Assembly: GCA_010909165.1 (NCBI GenBank)
Contig: MU008161.1
Coordinates: 248,001 to 312,000, forward strand
Direction: 5' to 3'
Source of the DNA: Anthoceros angustus
Taxonomy: Eukaryota; Plantae; Anthocerotophyta
DNA: 64,000 nucleotides
The position numbers were made by a program, and so were the translations under genes. The notes under the pieces were generated by a model. It saw nothing but the letters and a program-made list of their open reading frames with translations, searched no databases and was not told the origin of the DNA. The first letter of the stretch is position 1. Each line of letters opens with the position of its first letter. Of the stretch, positions 13,363 to 23,890 are shown piece by piece.

Positions 13363-15642
13363 TTTTGGAGTCGGCAATAGGTGCCAGGGAGGGCGACCCT
13401 TTTGGCGTGCTTTCTTTGCCATTGCTAACTATAGGGCCTTATACAGGGTTGCCTCCTCAGCACGTGACTGTATCTTCCCTTGGTTGGCAGACGACTCTCA
13501 CATCCTCGGACCTAGGGACAAGGTCAAGGAGGCCTTCGAGCTCTTCTCTCATGAGCTTTCTAAAAGTGCATGAAGGTCAAGCTGTCCAAGTGCCATACTT
13601 GGTCTCCGTTGGATATCGCCCCTACTTTGCGATTCCATGTAGTGGCGGTTGCTCCAGCCTCCGGCCTACGGATTTTGGGAGTCCCCTTTGGTTCTCCCGA
13701 CTTCATTGGGAGCTTCCTCGACCAGGCTCTCATGAAAGACCTCTTCGACATCGAGGACCTCCCTTTGCTGGAGGATGCACAAGTGACCTTTGGTATACTT
13801 TCCTTCTGTTTTGCCAGGTGCCCTGGTTACCTCATCCGCACGTTGCCTCCATTTCTAGTCCTTCTCTCCCGGCTGTAGGGGTTTAACAGGAAGATCATGG
13901 ACTCTCTTAGTAACAACATGGGCCCCGGGGCTTTCAAATGGGCTGCAGGTGATCTTGCCCGGTGACAAGCATTTCTGCCAGTGCAACTTGGAGGAATAGG
14001 TCCGCTTTGATAGAGGTATCTTCCCCGGCAGCGTTCTTGGGTAGCTTGGCCCTCTTTGCCCTGCTTTGGCCTCCTGCTTCATCCTCTAGGATAGGCCCTT
14101 TTTGGAGGATTTTGTATTAGGAGTGGAGGACGGAACTTTCCCTCTCTAAGTATCCCTCAAACAAGCCAGGGATATTTTATCGACTAATGTGCGACATGAC
14201 TTCCCTCCCTTCATGACATTCATCACCGATGGCTTCTGGGGGTTGTAGGCATCTCTGCTTGAGAAGCAGCTTGGTCAGGCCTTCCAATCCGTCCTCATGG
14301 ACCCCTCCATCCCTAGGTCCACAAAAGTTCGGCTTCACTCTTGCTCCAGAAAGCGCACATGCTCCTGGCTATTGGCTTGTCCATGTATACAAGGCTTTCA
14401 CATCGCACCAACCACCTTCTCTACTGCGATGCGCTTCTGTCTTGGCCTGCTCTAGCTTGTGGCTTCCTCTCTCCTTACTTGCGAGTGTGGCTCTACTCTT
14501 GACGACTCCGGGATGCATCTTGCTCGTTGCCCCCATGAGGGTCATTGCATTTCCACCTATGACGCCATCCGTGATGTCATGTTCGCTATTGCTCCCGAAA
14601 GTGGCTACATGACCTGGAGGAAGCAAGAGTGCACTCTTCGTACCGGTCGGTCAATTAGGGCTGACTTGTACCTCGTGCGCAGTGACCAAGTTTCGGTCGC
14701 GGGCGTGGGCCGCTTGAGTGGCGGCTATCAAAGTCCGGAAGTATAGCGGGATACAAGTGGGCCACCAATTCATTCCGCTCGCCCTTGAAACATATGGGGC
14801 GCTAGCTAAGGACTTCAATACTTTTCTCAAGTCCAGCGCTAAGGCTTATCATGTCGTAGGCACGGAGCAGGGCTGTCCCTCTCGTTTTTTACGGCATTCT
14901 TTAGATAGCAAATGTCAATTGCTCTTCAACGGGCCCTCTCTATAGAAATCATCCACAAACCAGCGACAGGAGGTGACGCATTCTCCTCTACCTCCGTAGT
15001 TTGTAGGCCATTTTCTCTTCTCGCATATGATATTGTAGGCGCAATCAGCAACTTTCGGTAGGGAGCTTCGTTGCTCCTTTCCACCTTAAGCCTCATGGTC
15101 CCCCTTGGTTGTCCTTCGTTGGATAGGCTTCTCCTATCAATTTTTTCCCCACAATAAAATTTTATATTTTCTCTAAAACATACAAAAACTCTCTAAACAT
15201 ATGAATCATATATAATATATAAAAATATTATAAATTTATAAAATAAAATAATAAATCAATGATGGTTTTCCAAAACATTGAGGATATAAAATTATTGTTA
15301 AAATCATAGAATATATATATATATAATTTAATTAAAATAATAGTTCATGAAGGTAAATTTAAGACCTGAAATCCTGAAGTATAAGTTCAACAATAATTTA
15401 AAGTATCCTTATATTTATCAGGTATCACTTTCTTTTATACAAAGGAGATGCATAAGGCAACACAATGCCCAAACGGGTTAGGAATTCGTGAGTTGGTTAG
15501 GAGCCAATGTATCGTATGTTGGTTGCATGGTTTTGTGTGTCCCCGTGGCCAAGAATCTAGGGTATGTTGGTGGAACGCAAGGTGGGTGGGACGACGAAGA
15601 TGGAGGTGGCATAAATGGTGGTGGTGGGTGAAGTGAGGAGGA

Positions 15643-17562
15643 ATGGAGTATTGGGTGGCGACGCAGACCGTGCTACAAGGAGGAGAAAAAGCGATAGTGG
15701 GCAAGCCCAAGCTGACAGACGCACTTCTGCGCAAGCCTCCTTTCCGTTTTTTGCACGACATCGTGTCGGAAGTAACGCGCCAAACAGGCTTTGCGAAGGA
15801 TTTGTTCATCGGGATGGAGCTTGTGTCTGCCAACATCAAGGACAAGGGCGCGAAAGTGAGCTACTTGACAAAGATCATCAACTGCGTGGGACTGTGCCTC
15901 AAGGCGCATGTCCCAGCTCGGCCCCTCAAGATCGTTGCAGGCCTGGAGGCGGAGCAGACCAACATCTTCCTCCAGATGCTAGCTGCAGCCACCACGCTGG
16001 ATGGGGAAACCCAGCACAATGCGGTGCTCCGCACCCTGGCAGGCGAGCAGATGCCCTCATCCTCCGCCAAGGGGGCAACTGACTGGATTTCCAGGCTCAA
16101 GATACTGCTCGTCTCCCAGCAGGCCAGCAGAAGCGGAAGCGCGAGCGCATGCCCATCTCCGACTCCGACTCCGACTCTTCAGCCCACGCCTAGAGCTGAC
16201 ATCCCGGGCCCGACGCCTTCCATCTCCCCCACCAGGAAAGGAGCCTGCGAGGGCCCCAAGGCCGCCCTGACACCACCTTCTTCTGCCGCGGCCAAGGCCG
16301 CCAATCACCGGGCTGCAGAAGTTACGCAGCAGCCATCCCAAGCCCCTGGTAATAACAACACCATAGCAAAGGCTGCCAAGAATCGTTATGGCCCAGGGAA
16401 GCCCGCGGGTGGGGCCGGGCCCGGGCCCGGGGCCGGGCCTGCGCCGGGGGCCAAGGACCCCTACGCTGATATCCTGGCAAGGAGGCCCAGCGGAAGGATC
16501 AAGGATAATAGCAGCAGCAGCAGGGAGCAGCAGATTAGGGCGCTTCCTGTTGATGAAGCAGCGGCTCCAAATGCAAGTGCCAAAACAAACACAAATGCAA
16601 GTGCCAAAACGAACACAAACACACAGGCAAATGCGATCGCAAATCAAAAGCAGGTCATCACTGCACCTGCGTTGGAGGAGGAGGTCATCACTGCATCTGC
16701 CAGCGGCATCATCAAGTCGGGTACCGGATTCAAGAACGCTTCAAGGGAGCTCCTAGAAACCAAGCATGCGGTGGAGGAAGCATGCATCCGCCCTCCTGCT
16801 CCCACGGCTCCCTCTCTGGCAACCAGCATGGTGCCGCATCAGGAGCGGCCTCAGTCCGCCAGATTAGGCCCGCCTAAGCTGCCCGCCAGCGTGCTTCCTG
16901 CCGACTGCAGAGGCCCCACCGCGGACAGGCCTCCTTCTGCCGCGGCAGGTGGCAAGGACGTGAAAAAGCCTAACATTCTCTTGGACGCCTCGTCGGACGA
17001 TGAGGAAAATGAGCCGCTTCTGCTACCAGCGCCGAGCCTGCACGAAACGCTTGCCACGTCCATGGAGGGGCCGGGGAAACTGGTGAGAGACATTTTGGAG
17101 GCCAAACGGGAGATGGAAGGGGAGATGAGCCCCGGCGAGCAGGAGACCGGAATCATCCTTGGCAGCATAGCCGGGGCTGCCTCCTCCAGAAAGGAAGAGG
17201 CTTTGTCCAAGCAAGAGGAGATACAGAAGATGAGGGACGCTGTGCAGATGCTGTGTCAAGCGACCAATCCCCTAGGCAAGTGCATGGATAGCCTGCAGGA
17301 AGACGCGGAAATCATGGCCAAGGAGCACCACCAGTGGATCAAAGAGTACCAAACCTACAGCGTCCAGCTTCAGCAGGAACGCAGGATCACCGAAGACTTG
17401 CTGCAAGCTGAGGCTTCTCACATCACAGAGCTCGAGGAGGAAATTAGACAGCAACGCCATCACATCTTTTGTGTCAAGGGTCAGATCTTGAGGAATGAGG
17501 ACAAGATCAAGGAGATGCTTGGAATGGTGAGTAGAGGGTTGGGATGCAATTTTGATAGCTAA
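15643..17562 (+). CDS. IFT54: Intraflagellar transport protein 54 (TRAF3IP1/MIP-T3), single 639-aa ORF
   Basis: N-terminal CH-like domain with KPKLT..LL.KPPFRFLHDIV.EV...TGF and KIVAGLEAE.TN.FLQML; low-complexity linker; C-terminal coiled coil with LCQATNPLGKCMD.LQED.E.M.KE. Confidence 0.95.
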   Translation: MEYWVATQTVLQGGEKAIVGKPKLTDALLRKPPFRFLHDIVSEVTRQTGFAKDLFIGMELVSANIKDKGAKVSYLTKIINCVGLCLKAHVPARPLKIVAGLEAEQTNIFLQMLAAATTLDGETQHNAVLRTLAGEQMPSSSAKGATDWISRLKILLVSQQASRSGSASACPSPTPTPTLQPTPRADIPGPTPSISPTRKGACEGPKAALTPPSSAAAKAANHRAAEVTQQPSQAPGNNNTIAKAAKNRYGPGKPAGGAGPGPGAGPAPGAKDPYADILARRPSGRIKDNSSSSREQQIRALPVDEAAAPNASAKTNTNASAKTNTNTQANAIANQKQVITAPALEEEVITASASGIIKSGTGFKNASRELLETKHAVEEACIRPPAPTAPSLATSMVPHQERPQSARLGPPKLPASVLPADCRGPTADRPPSAAAGGKDVKKPNILLDASSDDEENEPLLLPAPSLHETLATSMEGPGKLVRDILEAKREMEGEMSPGEQETGIILGSIAGAASSRKEEALSKQEEIQKMRDAVQMLCQATNPLGKCMDSLQEDAEIMAKEHHQWIKEYQTYSVQLQQERRITEDLLQAEASHITELEEEIRQQRHHIFCVKGQILRNEDKIKEMLGMVSRGLGCNFDS

Positions 17563-17594
17563 GTTATTATGCTGAATAGCTTCCGTTGCCCAGC

Positions 17595-17668
17595 GGCCTA
17601 TTAGCTCAGTTGGTTAGAGCGTCGTGCTAATAACGCGAAGGTCGCAGGTTCGAAACCTGCATAGGCCA
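17595..17668 (+). tRNA. tRNA-Ile(AAT): tRNA-Ile (anticodon AAT), 74 nt, intronless
   Basis: Full cloverleaf: acceptor stem GGCCTAT/ATAGGCC, D arm GCTC/GAGC, anticodon loop CTAATAA, T arm GCAGG-TTCGAAA-CCTGC. Confidence 0.97.
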
Positions 17669-17686
17669 CCGGACATGGAATTTACG

Positions 17687-17691
17687 TTTTT
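17687..17691 (+). terminator. Probable RNA polymerase III oligo-T terminator of the tRNA
   Basis: TTTTT 19 nt downstream of the tRNA 3' end. Confidence 0.6.
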
Positions 17692-17721
17692 CTTTCATGA
17701 ATCCTCGAGGTCCATTTTCCA

Positions 17722-18130
17722 CCATGGCTGGAGACCCTTGCTTCCTATTCCAATGGAGGACCCCTTGCTTCCTATTCACCTCCACCTCTCCGTCCTCCAT
17801 TGCTTCCTATTCACCTCCACCTCTCCCTCCAATGGGGCATGCGGTGTGCGGTGCGGTGTGTAGAGCGGTGCGGTGCCGTGTGCGGTGGGGCATGTCCAAG
17901 TGTTCAGAGCTTGCTTCCTATTCTAATGGAGGACCCTTTGCTTCCTATTCACCTCCACCTCTCCGTCTTGTCTTGTTTGAATTTTACCTTTACATTAGTC
18001 CAGACAGTGGGGCATGTCCAAGTGTTCAGAGCTTGCTTCCTATTCTAATGGAGGACCCTTTGCTTCCTATTCACCTCCACCTCTCCGTCTTGTCTTGTTT
18101 GAATTTTACCTTTACATTAGTCCAGACAGT
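17722..18130. repeat. CTTCCTATTC-motif repeats including two ~122-bp tandem units (17887, 18009)
   Basis: Direct repeat GGGGCATGTCCAAGTGTTCAGAGC...TTAGTCCAGACAGT. Confidence 0.85.
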
Positions 18131-18209
18131 TTACTGTAATCTATGCAATTATCATATTTTAGACCCATGACTGAAATCCGTCCTTAGTGGACTTAGAAAA
18201 AAATCTTCT

Positions 18210-19980
18210 TCTTCTATTCCAATGAGCGGAGTGATGAGCATGTCTAGAGACCTTTCCCCATTACTTCCTATTCCAAAAAGCGGAGTGAGCGGAGTGAAGT
18301 TGATGAGCATGTCTAGAGACCTTTCCTATTCCAATGAGCGGAGTGAAGATGATGAGCATGTGTGGAGGATGAGCATGTCTGGAGACCTTTGCCCCTTACT
18401 TCCTATTCCAATGAGCGGAGCGAAGATTATGAACATGTCTGGAGGATGAGCATGTCTGGAGACCTTTGCCCCTTACTTCCTATTCCAATGAGCGGAGTGA
18501 AGATGATGAGCATGTCTGGAGGATGAGCATGTCTGGAGGATGAGCATGTCTGGAGACCTTTGCCCCTTACTTCCTATCCAATGATCGGAGTGAAGATGAT
18601 GAGCATGTCTGGAGGATATTCCAATGAGCGGAGTGAAGTTAATGAGCATCTGGAGGATGAGCATGTCTGGAAGATATTCCAATGAGCAGAGTGAAGTTAA
18701 TGAGCATCTAGAGGATGAGCATGTCTGGAGGATATTCCAATGAGCGGAGTGAAGTTAATGAGCATCTGGAGGATGAGCATGTCTGGAGACCTTTGCCCCT
18801 TACTTCCTATTCCAATGAGCGGAGCGAAGATTATGAACATGTCTGGAGGATGAGCATGTCTGGAGACCTTTGCCCCTTACTTCCTATTCCAATGAGCGGA
18901 GTGAAGATGATGAGCATGTCGGAGGATGAGCATATGCGGAGGATGAGCATGTCAGAGACCTTTGCCCTTACTTCCTATCCAATGATCGGAGTGAAGATGA
19001 TGAGCATGTCTGGAGGATATTCCAATGAGCGGAGTGAAGTTAATGAGCATCTGGAGGATGAGCATGTCTGGAAGATATTCCAATGAGCAGAGTGAAGTTA
19101 ATGAGCATCTAGAGGATGAGCATGTCTGGAGGATATTCCAATGAGCGGAGTGAAGTTAATGAGCATCTGGAGGATGAGCATGTCTGGAGACCTTTGCCCC
19201 TTACTTTCTATTCCAATGAGCGGAGTGAAGATGATGAGCATGTCTGGAGGATGAGCATGTCTGGAGACCTTTGCCCCTTACTTCCTATTCCAATGAGCAG
19301 AGTGAAGATGATGAGCATGTCTGGAGGACGAGCATGTTTGGAGATCCTTGCTTCCACCCTTGCCCCTTGCTTCCTATTCCAATGAGCGGAGAGAAGATGA
19401 TGAGCATGTATGGAGACCCTTGCTTCCACGTGTCCTTCCACTTTGAGTGGAAGCTCAAAGTAAAGATGAGATAAGCATGGCAGGGAAAGCCTTGCTCCCA
19501 CACAACAAAGTGAAGATGATTCCTATTTCAATGAGCGGAGTGAAGATGATTCCTATTCCAATGAGTGAAGTGAATATGAGCATGTTTCGGAGACCTTTGC
19601 TTCCACGTCTCCTTGCTTCCAAAGATGAGCATGTCTAGGAGACCTTTGCTTCCACGTCTCCTTGCTTCCAAAGATGAGCATGTCTGGGAGACCTTTGCTT
19701 CCACGTCTCCTTACTTCCAAAGATGAGCATGTCTGGGAGACCTTTGCTTCCATGTCTCCTTGCTTCCACTTTGAGCGGAAGCTCAAAGTGGAGACCTAAA
19801 CCATGTGTCCTTCAGCTTCCACTCCATCGAAGATGATTCCTATTCCAATGAGTGAAGTGAAAATGAGCATGTCTGGGAGACCTTTGCTTCCACGTCTCCT
19901 TGCTTCCACTTTGAGTGGAAGCTCAAAGTGAAGATCTGAACCATGTGTCCTTCAACTTTCACTCCATCGAAGATGAGCAT
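18210..19980. repeat. Modular satellite array built from GATGAGCATGTCTGGAG, ACCTTTGCCCCTTACTTCCTATTC and CAATGAGCGGAGTGAAGAT modules in varying order
   Basis: Dozens of near-identical modules read directly; after ~19550 the units switch to ACCTTTGCTTCCACGTCTCCTTGCTTCC. Confidence 0.92.
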
Positions 19981-19985
19981 GTGTG

Positions 19986-20490
19986 AACCATGTGTCCTTC
20001 AGCTTCCACTCCATCTTCGCAACCATGTGTCCTTCAGCTTCCAATCTATCTTCACAACTATCTATCTTCGCAACCATGTGTCCTTCAGCTTCCACTCTAT
20101 CTTCGCAACCATGTGTTTTTCAACTTTCAGTCTATCTTCGCAACCATGTGTCCTTCAGCTTCCACTCCATCTTCGCAACCATGTGTCCTTCAGCTTCCAA
20201 TCTATCTTCGCAACTATCTATCTTCGCAACCCTGCGTCCTTCAGCTTCCACTCTATCTTCGCAACCATGTGTTTTTCAACTTTCAGTCTATCTTCGCAAC
20301 CATGTGTCCTTCACCTTCCACTCTATCTTCGCAACCATGTGTCCTTCAGTTTCCACTCTAGCTTCGCAACCATGTGTCCTTCAGATTCCAATCTATCTTC
20401 GCAACCATGTGTCCTTCAGCTTCCACTCTATCTTCGCAACCATGTGTCCTTCAGCTTCCAATCTATCTTTGCAACTATGTGTTCTTCAAC
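19986..20490. repeat. 35-bp tandem satellite AACCATGTGTCCTTCAGCTTCCACTCTATCTTCGC with a ~160-bp higher-order pattern
   Basis: Head-to-tail units without spacers; variant unit GTGTTTTTCAACTTTCAGTC recurs at ~20110 and ~20268. Confidence 0.92.
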
Positions 20491-20924
20491 CTTAGGATGA
20501 TTACAGGTCATTTTCGTGTGGGTCTCACCGTCTCAGGATTGAGACTTATACATGGCTACATCCAAGGCCACCTATAGAGACAAGAATATGTAGGTTATGC
20601 AAGAGGGTAGTTGAGATTGAGGAACACTTTGTTTCCTTCTACGTTTACGATGAGATTGAGGAACACTTTGTTCTTTATGCCCGGTCTACGAAGATATGGG
20701 GAATGCTTTTGCAAACATTTTCACAGCAGCTCGTTCTTCGCTTCGAAGTTTCTTATCTTTTCCAAACCTTGTTCTTATAAACAATTGTGGGATTTTAGAG
20801 CCCAATGTATCCAACTTTTCAACCTACTACATATTTTATTTACTTCACACCACTCGTACTTAAGTCAAATTCAGATGGCGGTTAAACTTCAATGCTTTTA
20901 TGTATGTTTTGTCTTCTTATCAGT

Positions 20925-20951
20925 CCCACGACGGAAATTCCGTCCGTAGTG
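20925..20951. mobile_element. CACTA-like terminus (TAGTG preceded by GACGGAA-A-TTCCGTC palindrome); diverged twin at 18164-18189
   Basis: Minus strand reads CACTACGGACGGAATTTCCGTC (from 20951) and CACTAAGGACGGATTTCAGTC (from 18189). Confidence 0.5.
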
Positions 20952-20999
20952 GACTTTAATATACTTCTTGAACATTGTTCTCCATCTCACAGGACCATA

Positions 21000-23600
21000 C
21001 TACACTGGGGACGCATTGCTTGTGGAAATGGTTCAAGTTCCCATCTCCTGGTAATTTCCTCGCACATGCTTTGAAGAGGCCACCTGACACTTCTGCTACA
21101 ACCCTCATCGGGGCGGGCAGTCCAAGGCAAATGTAGTGTCTGCCAGCTCGTTGAAATGCATAGTGCGATCGAAAGCAAAAGTTGCCGGGGGCTGGGGCAG
21201 TCGGGTTGGAACTTGGATATGCAGCCCGGTGTGCTGGGCATGGACACATGCAATTTCCCGTGTAGCCCGGTGTGCTGGCCATGGACACAATCAATTTCCA
21301 GTGTCTGGAGTCTGCATAGTGGGCCCTGTCCATGTCTGATGAGCCGCTAGCTATATACTAAAAAGCTCAGTTGACAATCGCCTAAGCCTCAATCTGTTGT
21401 GCCCACGGTGACAAACTGGTGCTCCTGTGCAGCACTCAGATTTTTACGTTGACATTTGGGGGATCGAACTCGTCCTTCTTGTTACTCCAGACGTGCAGCT
21501 AAACTGAGAGCTTGCAAGTGTGTTGGAATCTGGGAAGGGCTTTGTCCTGAGGGTGTGTCGTCTCTTTTTGCAGGGTCTGGTGAGTCGGGAAGATGACAGG
21601 TACATGGTCAGTGCATCTGATGAGGCTGGATTATTGTGCATTTCCGGGCCCTCGCTCGGCCAGTTCCGTGTCGGTAAGGTGCAGTGTGCAGAGCTGGTGC
21701 TGGTGCTGGTGCTGGTGAGCAGTCATGAAAGCAGGGGTGCTTGCCATCAACGGGCCAACCTGTCGTAGTTGCAGGCAAAATGGAGCCTGCGGAGTTTCCT
21801 CCCCAGAACAGCCTGCAGAGCTTCTTCATTGCCACGAATCCGTGACACTAACGAACCAGCTGCATCTGCCTGCTTCATGATGAACTGGAAAGGGCCGCAT
21901 ATGAATCCAAAGTACAGCTCGCCTTCCACATCCAGCTCATGCACAACACACCATCCCACCTCCCAATTGCTCTCTGATCGAGAGCTCTCTCGGAGTGCTA
22001 CCAACATTGCCGTTCTCGCAGCCAGCCAGCCAGCCAGCACTCTCCTCTCTCAGTTAAAAGTGGCTGGATCACAGCACACAGCCTGCGGAGTCACGGGTGT
22101 AAACCTTGGGATAGGCACTGACGTCAAGTCCCGGACAGGAGGTGCCGAAACGGAGACAAGGGCCCTTTACCCTGCCTATTCTGCCCTGTGATTGGAGGAA
22201 CGTGCATCCTCTGACACTTGCCGCTGGACAAAGGTATGCTTCCCTGAATGTGATTTGAAGGCATGCCGTGCCGGGCACCCCGGTGGGTCCCCGGAGGCTG
22301 AAGCATTCAAGGCAACAGAGCAGCGGGGACGGATGATGGGGGCAGGGCTCCTGGAACGGATTGCGCCTGAGGTAACGGCGTGCCTGACGGGCTGTGATGA
22401 GGCTTCAGGCACCTGTAAGCGCTTGTGAAAGTTGTGATCATCAAGTGTGGGCAGAAAGCACTAGGTATGGCCCCTTCCTTTCCAGGACCGATGTCAGCCT
22501 CTTTCCTCCTTCCCTCCTCTTCAGCCTTGCTTCACTTCACCCTCCCGTTCAGGTGGCACATACGAGCTGTCTGTCATTCACCTCCAGGTTCTTGTTGGCT
22601 GTTGCCTTGAAGAGAGTAGATTCGGTGTACTGGGCGAGGGACGCAGCAGGCAGCAGGCAGGCAGGCCTTGGCACTGTGCCGTCAGGGGCTCACGAGCTCT
22701 AATAGTATCTTCGTCAGTGGCACTGGCTGCTGCAGCCTGCAGGCGAGTAAATAAGAGCTTGCGAGTCACATGTGCTGTTCCTCACCCTCAGAGCAAGAGC
22801 CTGATGAGCTGCACCCGGGCCCTGGTGAGATTCCTGATGGCAACCTCATTGCCGCAGTCAGAAGCAGCAGTGGAGGTCCTCCCCTCGCGGTCCCGGCCTA
22901 CAGTGATGAGATCATAAAGCAAGCTGGTGGGCGACTTCATAGCCCTGCTCGGCCCCACGGCTTTTCTGACTTTTGTGGTTGTTGCAGATTTTGGAGGGAC
23001 AGCCAGGTGCAAGCACACAGGTGCACTAGCACACATGTGGCAACATTCGCTCCTCTCTCCCTGCCGGCAGTGAGAGAGAGAGCATCTCTGCATTGCGGAT
23101 TCTGATCCAATTCGGGTCACCGTGACGAACTAGGTGATGAGCAAAGTCGAATCGCTTCTCCAATCTGCACAACTCTCATGCCAGGCCATCCAGTGGAGAG
23201 GACAAATGCGATCCATGAGCCAAACCTAGCTGTGAACTTCGTTTGCTTTCCAATCAATCAAGCCTGTGGAAAACGACCACAGGCCCCCTCCCGTTTCTTG
23301 TGAAGCAGGATTAGAAATTGCCAGCATACTGCACCACACTCGGCGATCTGGCTTTCAGTGAAAAAGTAGTTGCCCCGGTACTCAAATGGCCGTGATGAGA
23401 CTGGAAAAGGAGGAAAAAGCACGCTTGCTACAGTCATTCTCTCCCAGCTAGGCCCTATCGTCAGCAAACTTACCTTTTGCCTGAATGTTTCTTTTACAAA
23501 GACAACGACATCACATCGGCGTGATTCCTTGTCGAGGAAGATGGAATACAATTCGGGGTTACTGTTGACATCACCTGCGAGAGCAATCTGATGAGCTCGT
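21000..23600 (-). CDS. Unidentified spliced gene or pseudogene
   Basis: AG/GT-bounded coding-like exons: IALAGDVNSNPELYSIFLDKESRRCDVVVFVKETFRQK; SSRPFEYRGNYFFTESQIAE; LQQPVPLTKILLEL joined in phase to YTESTLFKATANKNLE; ELDVEGELYFGFICGPFQFIMKQ...LHFACNYDR; LHVWSNKKDEFDPPNVN; some joins hit stops. Confidence 0.45.
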
Positions 23601-23639
23601 CCTTGTCAGTCCCTCCATCAGCAGCAGTGATCAATACAT

Positions 23640-23890
23640 GAGCGCTCTTTCCTTGTCACTTGCAGTCCTCCCACAGCAGTTGCTATATCTACAACGTCCC
23701 TCGTGGTAACAGGTGCGTCTGACACAATTGCTTCCGCAGTGCGTGCAGCACTGAGGAGATCTATAAGCTGAAATGAGTTGGTATTCTGCTCGAGCACTGC
23801 ATTCCATGCGCTGACCTGTCTGCCTTGTGTTCTTACGTTAACGGGATAGGAATCGGTGCCAAGGTTGCTCCTCCCAACCACCACAGTGAT
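23640..23890 (-). pseudogene. mnmE: Decayed paralogous fragment of the mnmE G-domain (G1 region and G2 exon, with intron remnant)
   Basis: VVVGRSNLG and TAEAIVSDAPVTTRDVVDIATAVGGLQVT align to [10 protein letters not shown] and [29 protein letters not shown]; intron 3' end TTTCAGCT.AT.GATCT is shared. Confidence 0.7.

Larger units (their letters stand above)
7250..15160 (+). mobile_element. CRE-clade non-LTR retrotransposon (RT plus restriction-like endonuclease), decayed, interrupted and partly duplicated
   Basis: LLLFLPWWCLR..GG...RL.RF..GDW; VDVENAFSTLS (8573, 11042); FYGRSS-LYYQH; ESAIGAR.GDP and WLADD (13365-13500); QLGGIG; C-terminal CECGSTLDDSGMHLARC zinc finger, IRADL and FIPLALETYG endonuclease motifs (14459-14850); many frameshifts. 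Confidence 0.85.

Noticed and set aside
19986-20490. CRISPR array (35-bp repeat)
   Set aside because: Units are head-to-tail with no unique spacers, there are no cas genes, and the context is eukaryotic
18222-20500. Long ORFs in the satellite (e.g. 18715-19086, 19943-20500)
   Set aside because: Open in several frames only because the repeat units lack stops; the translations are periodic
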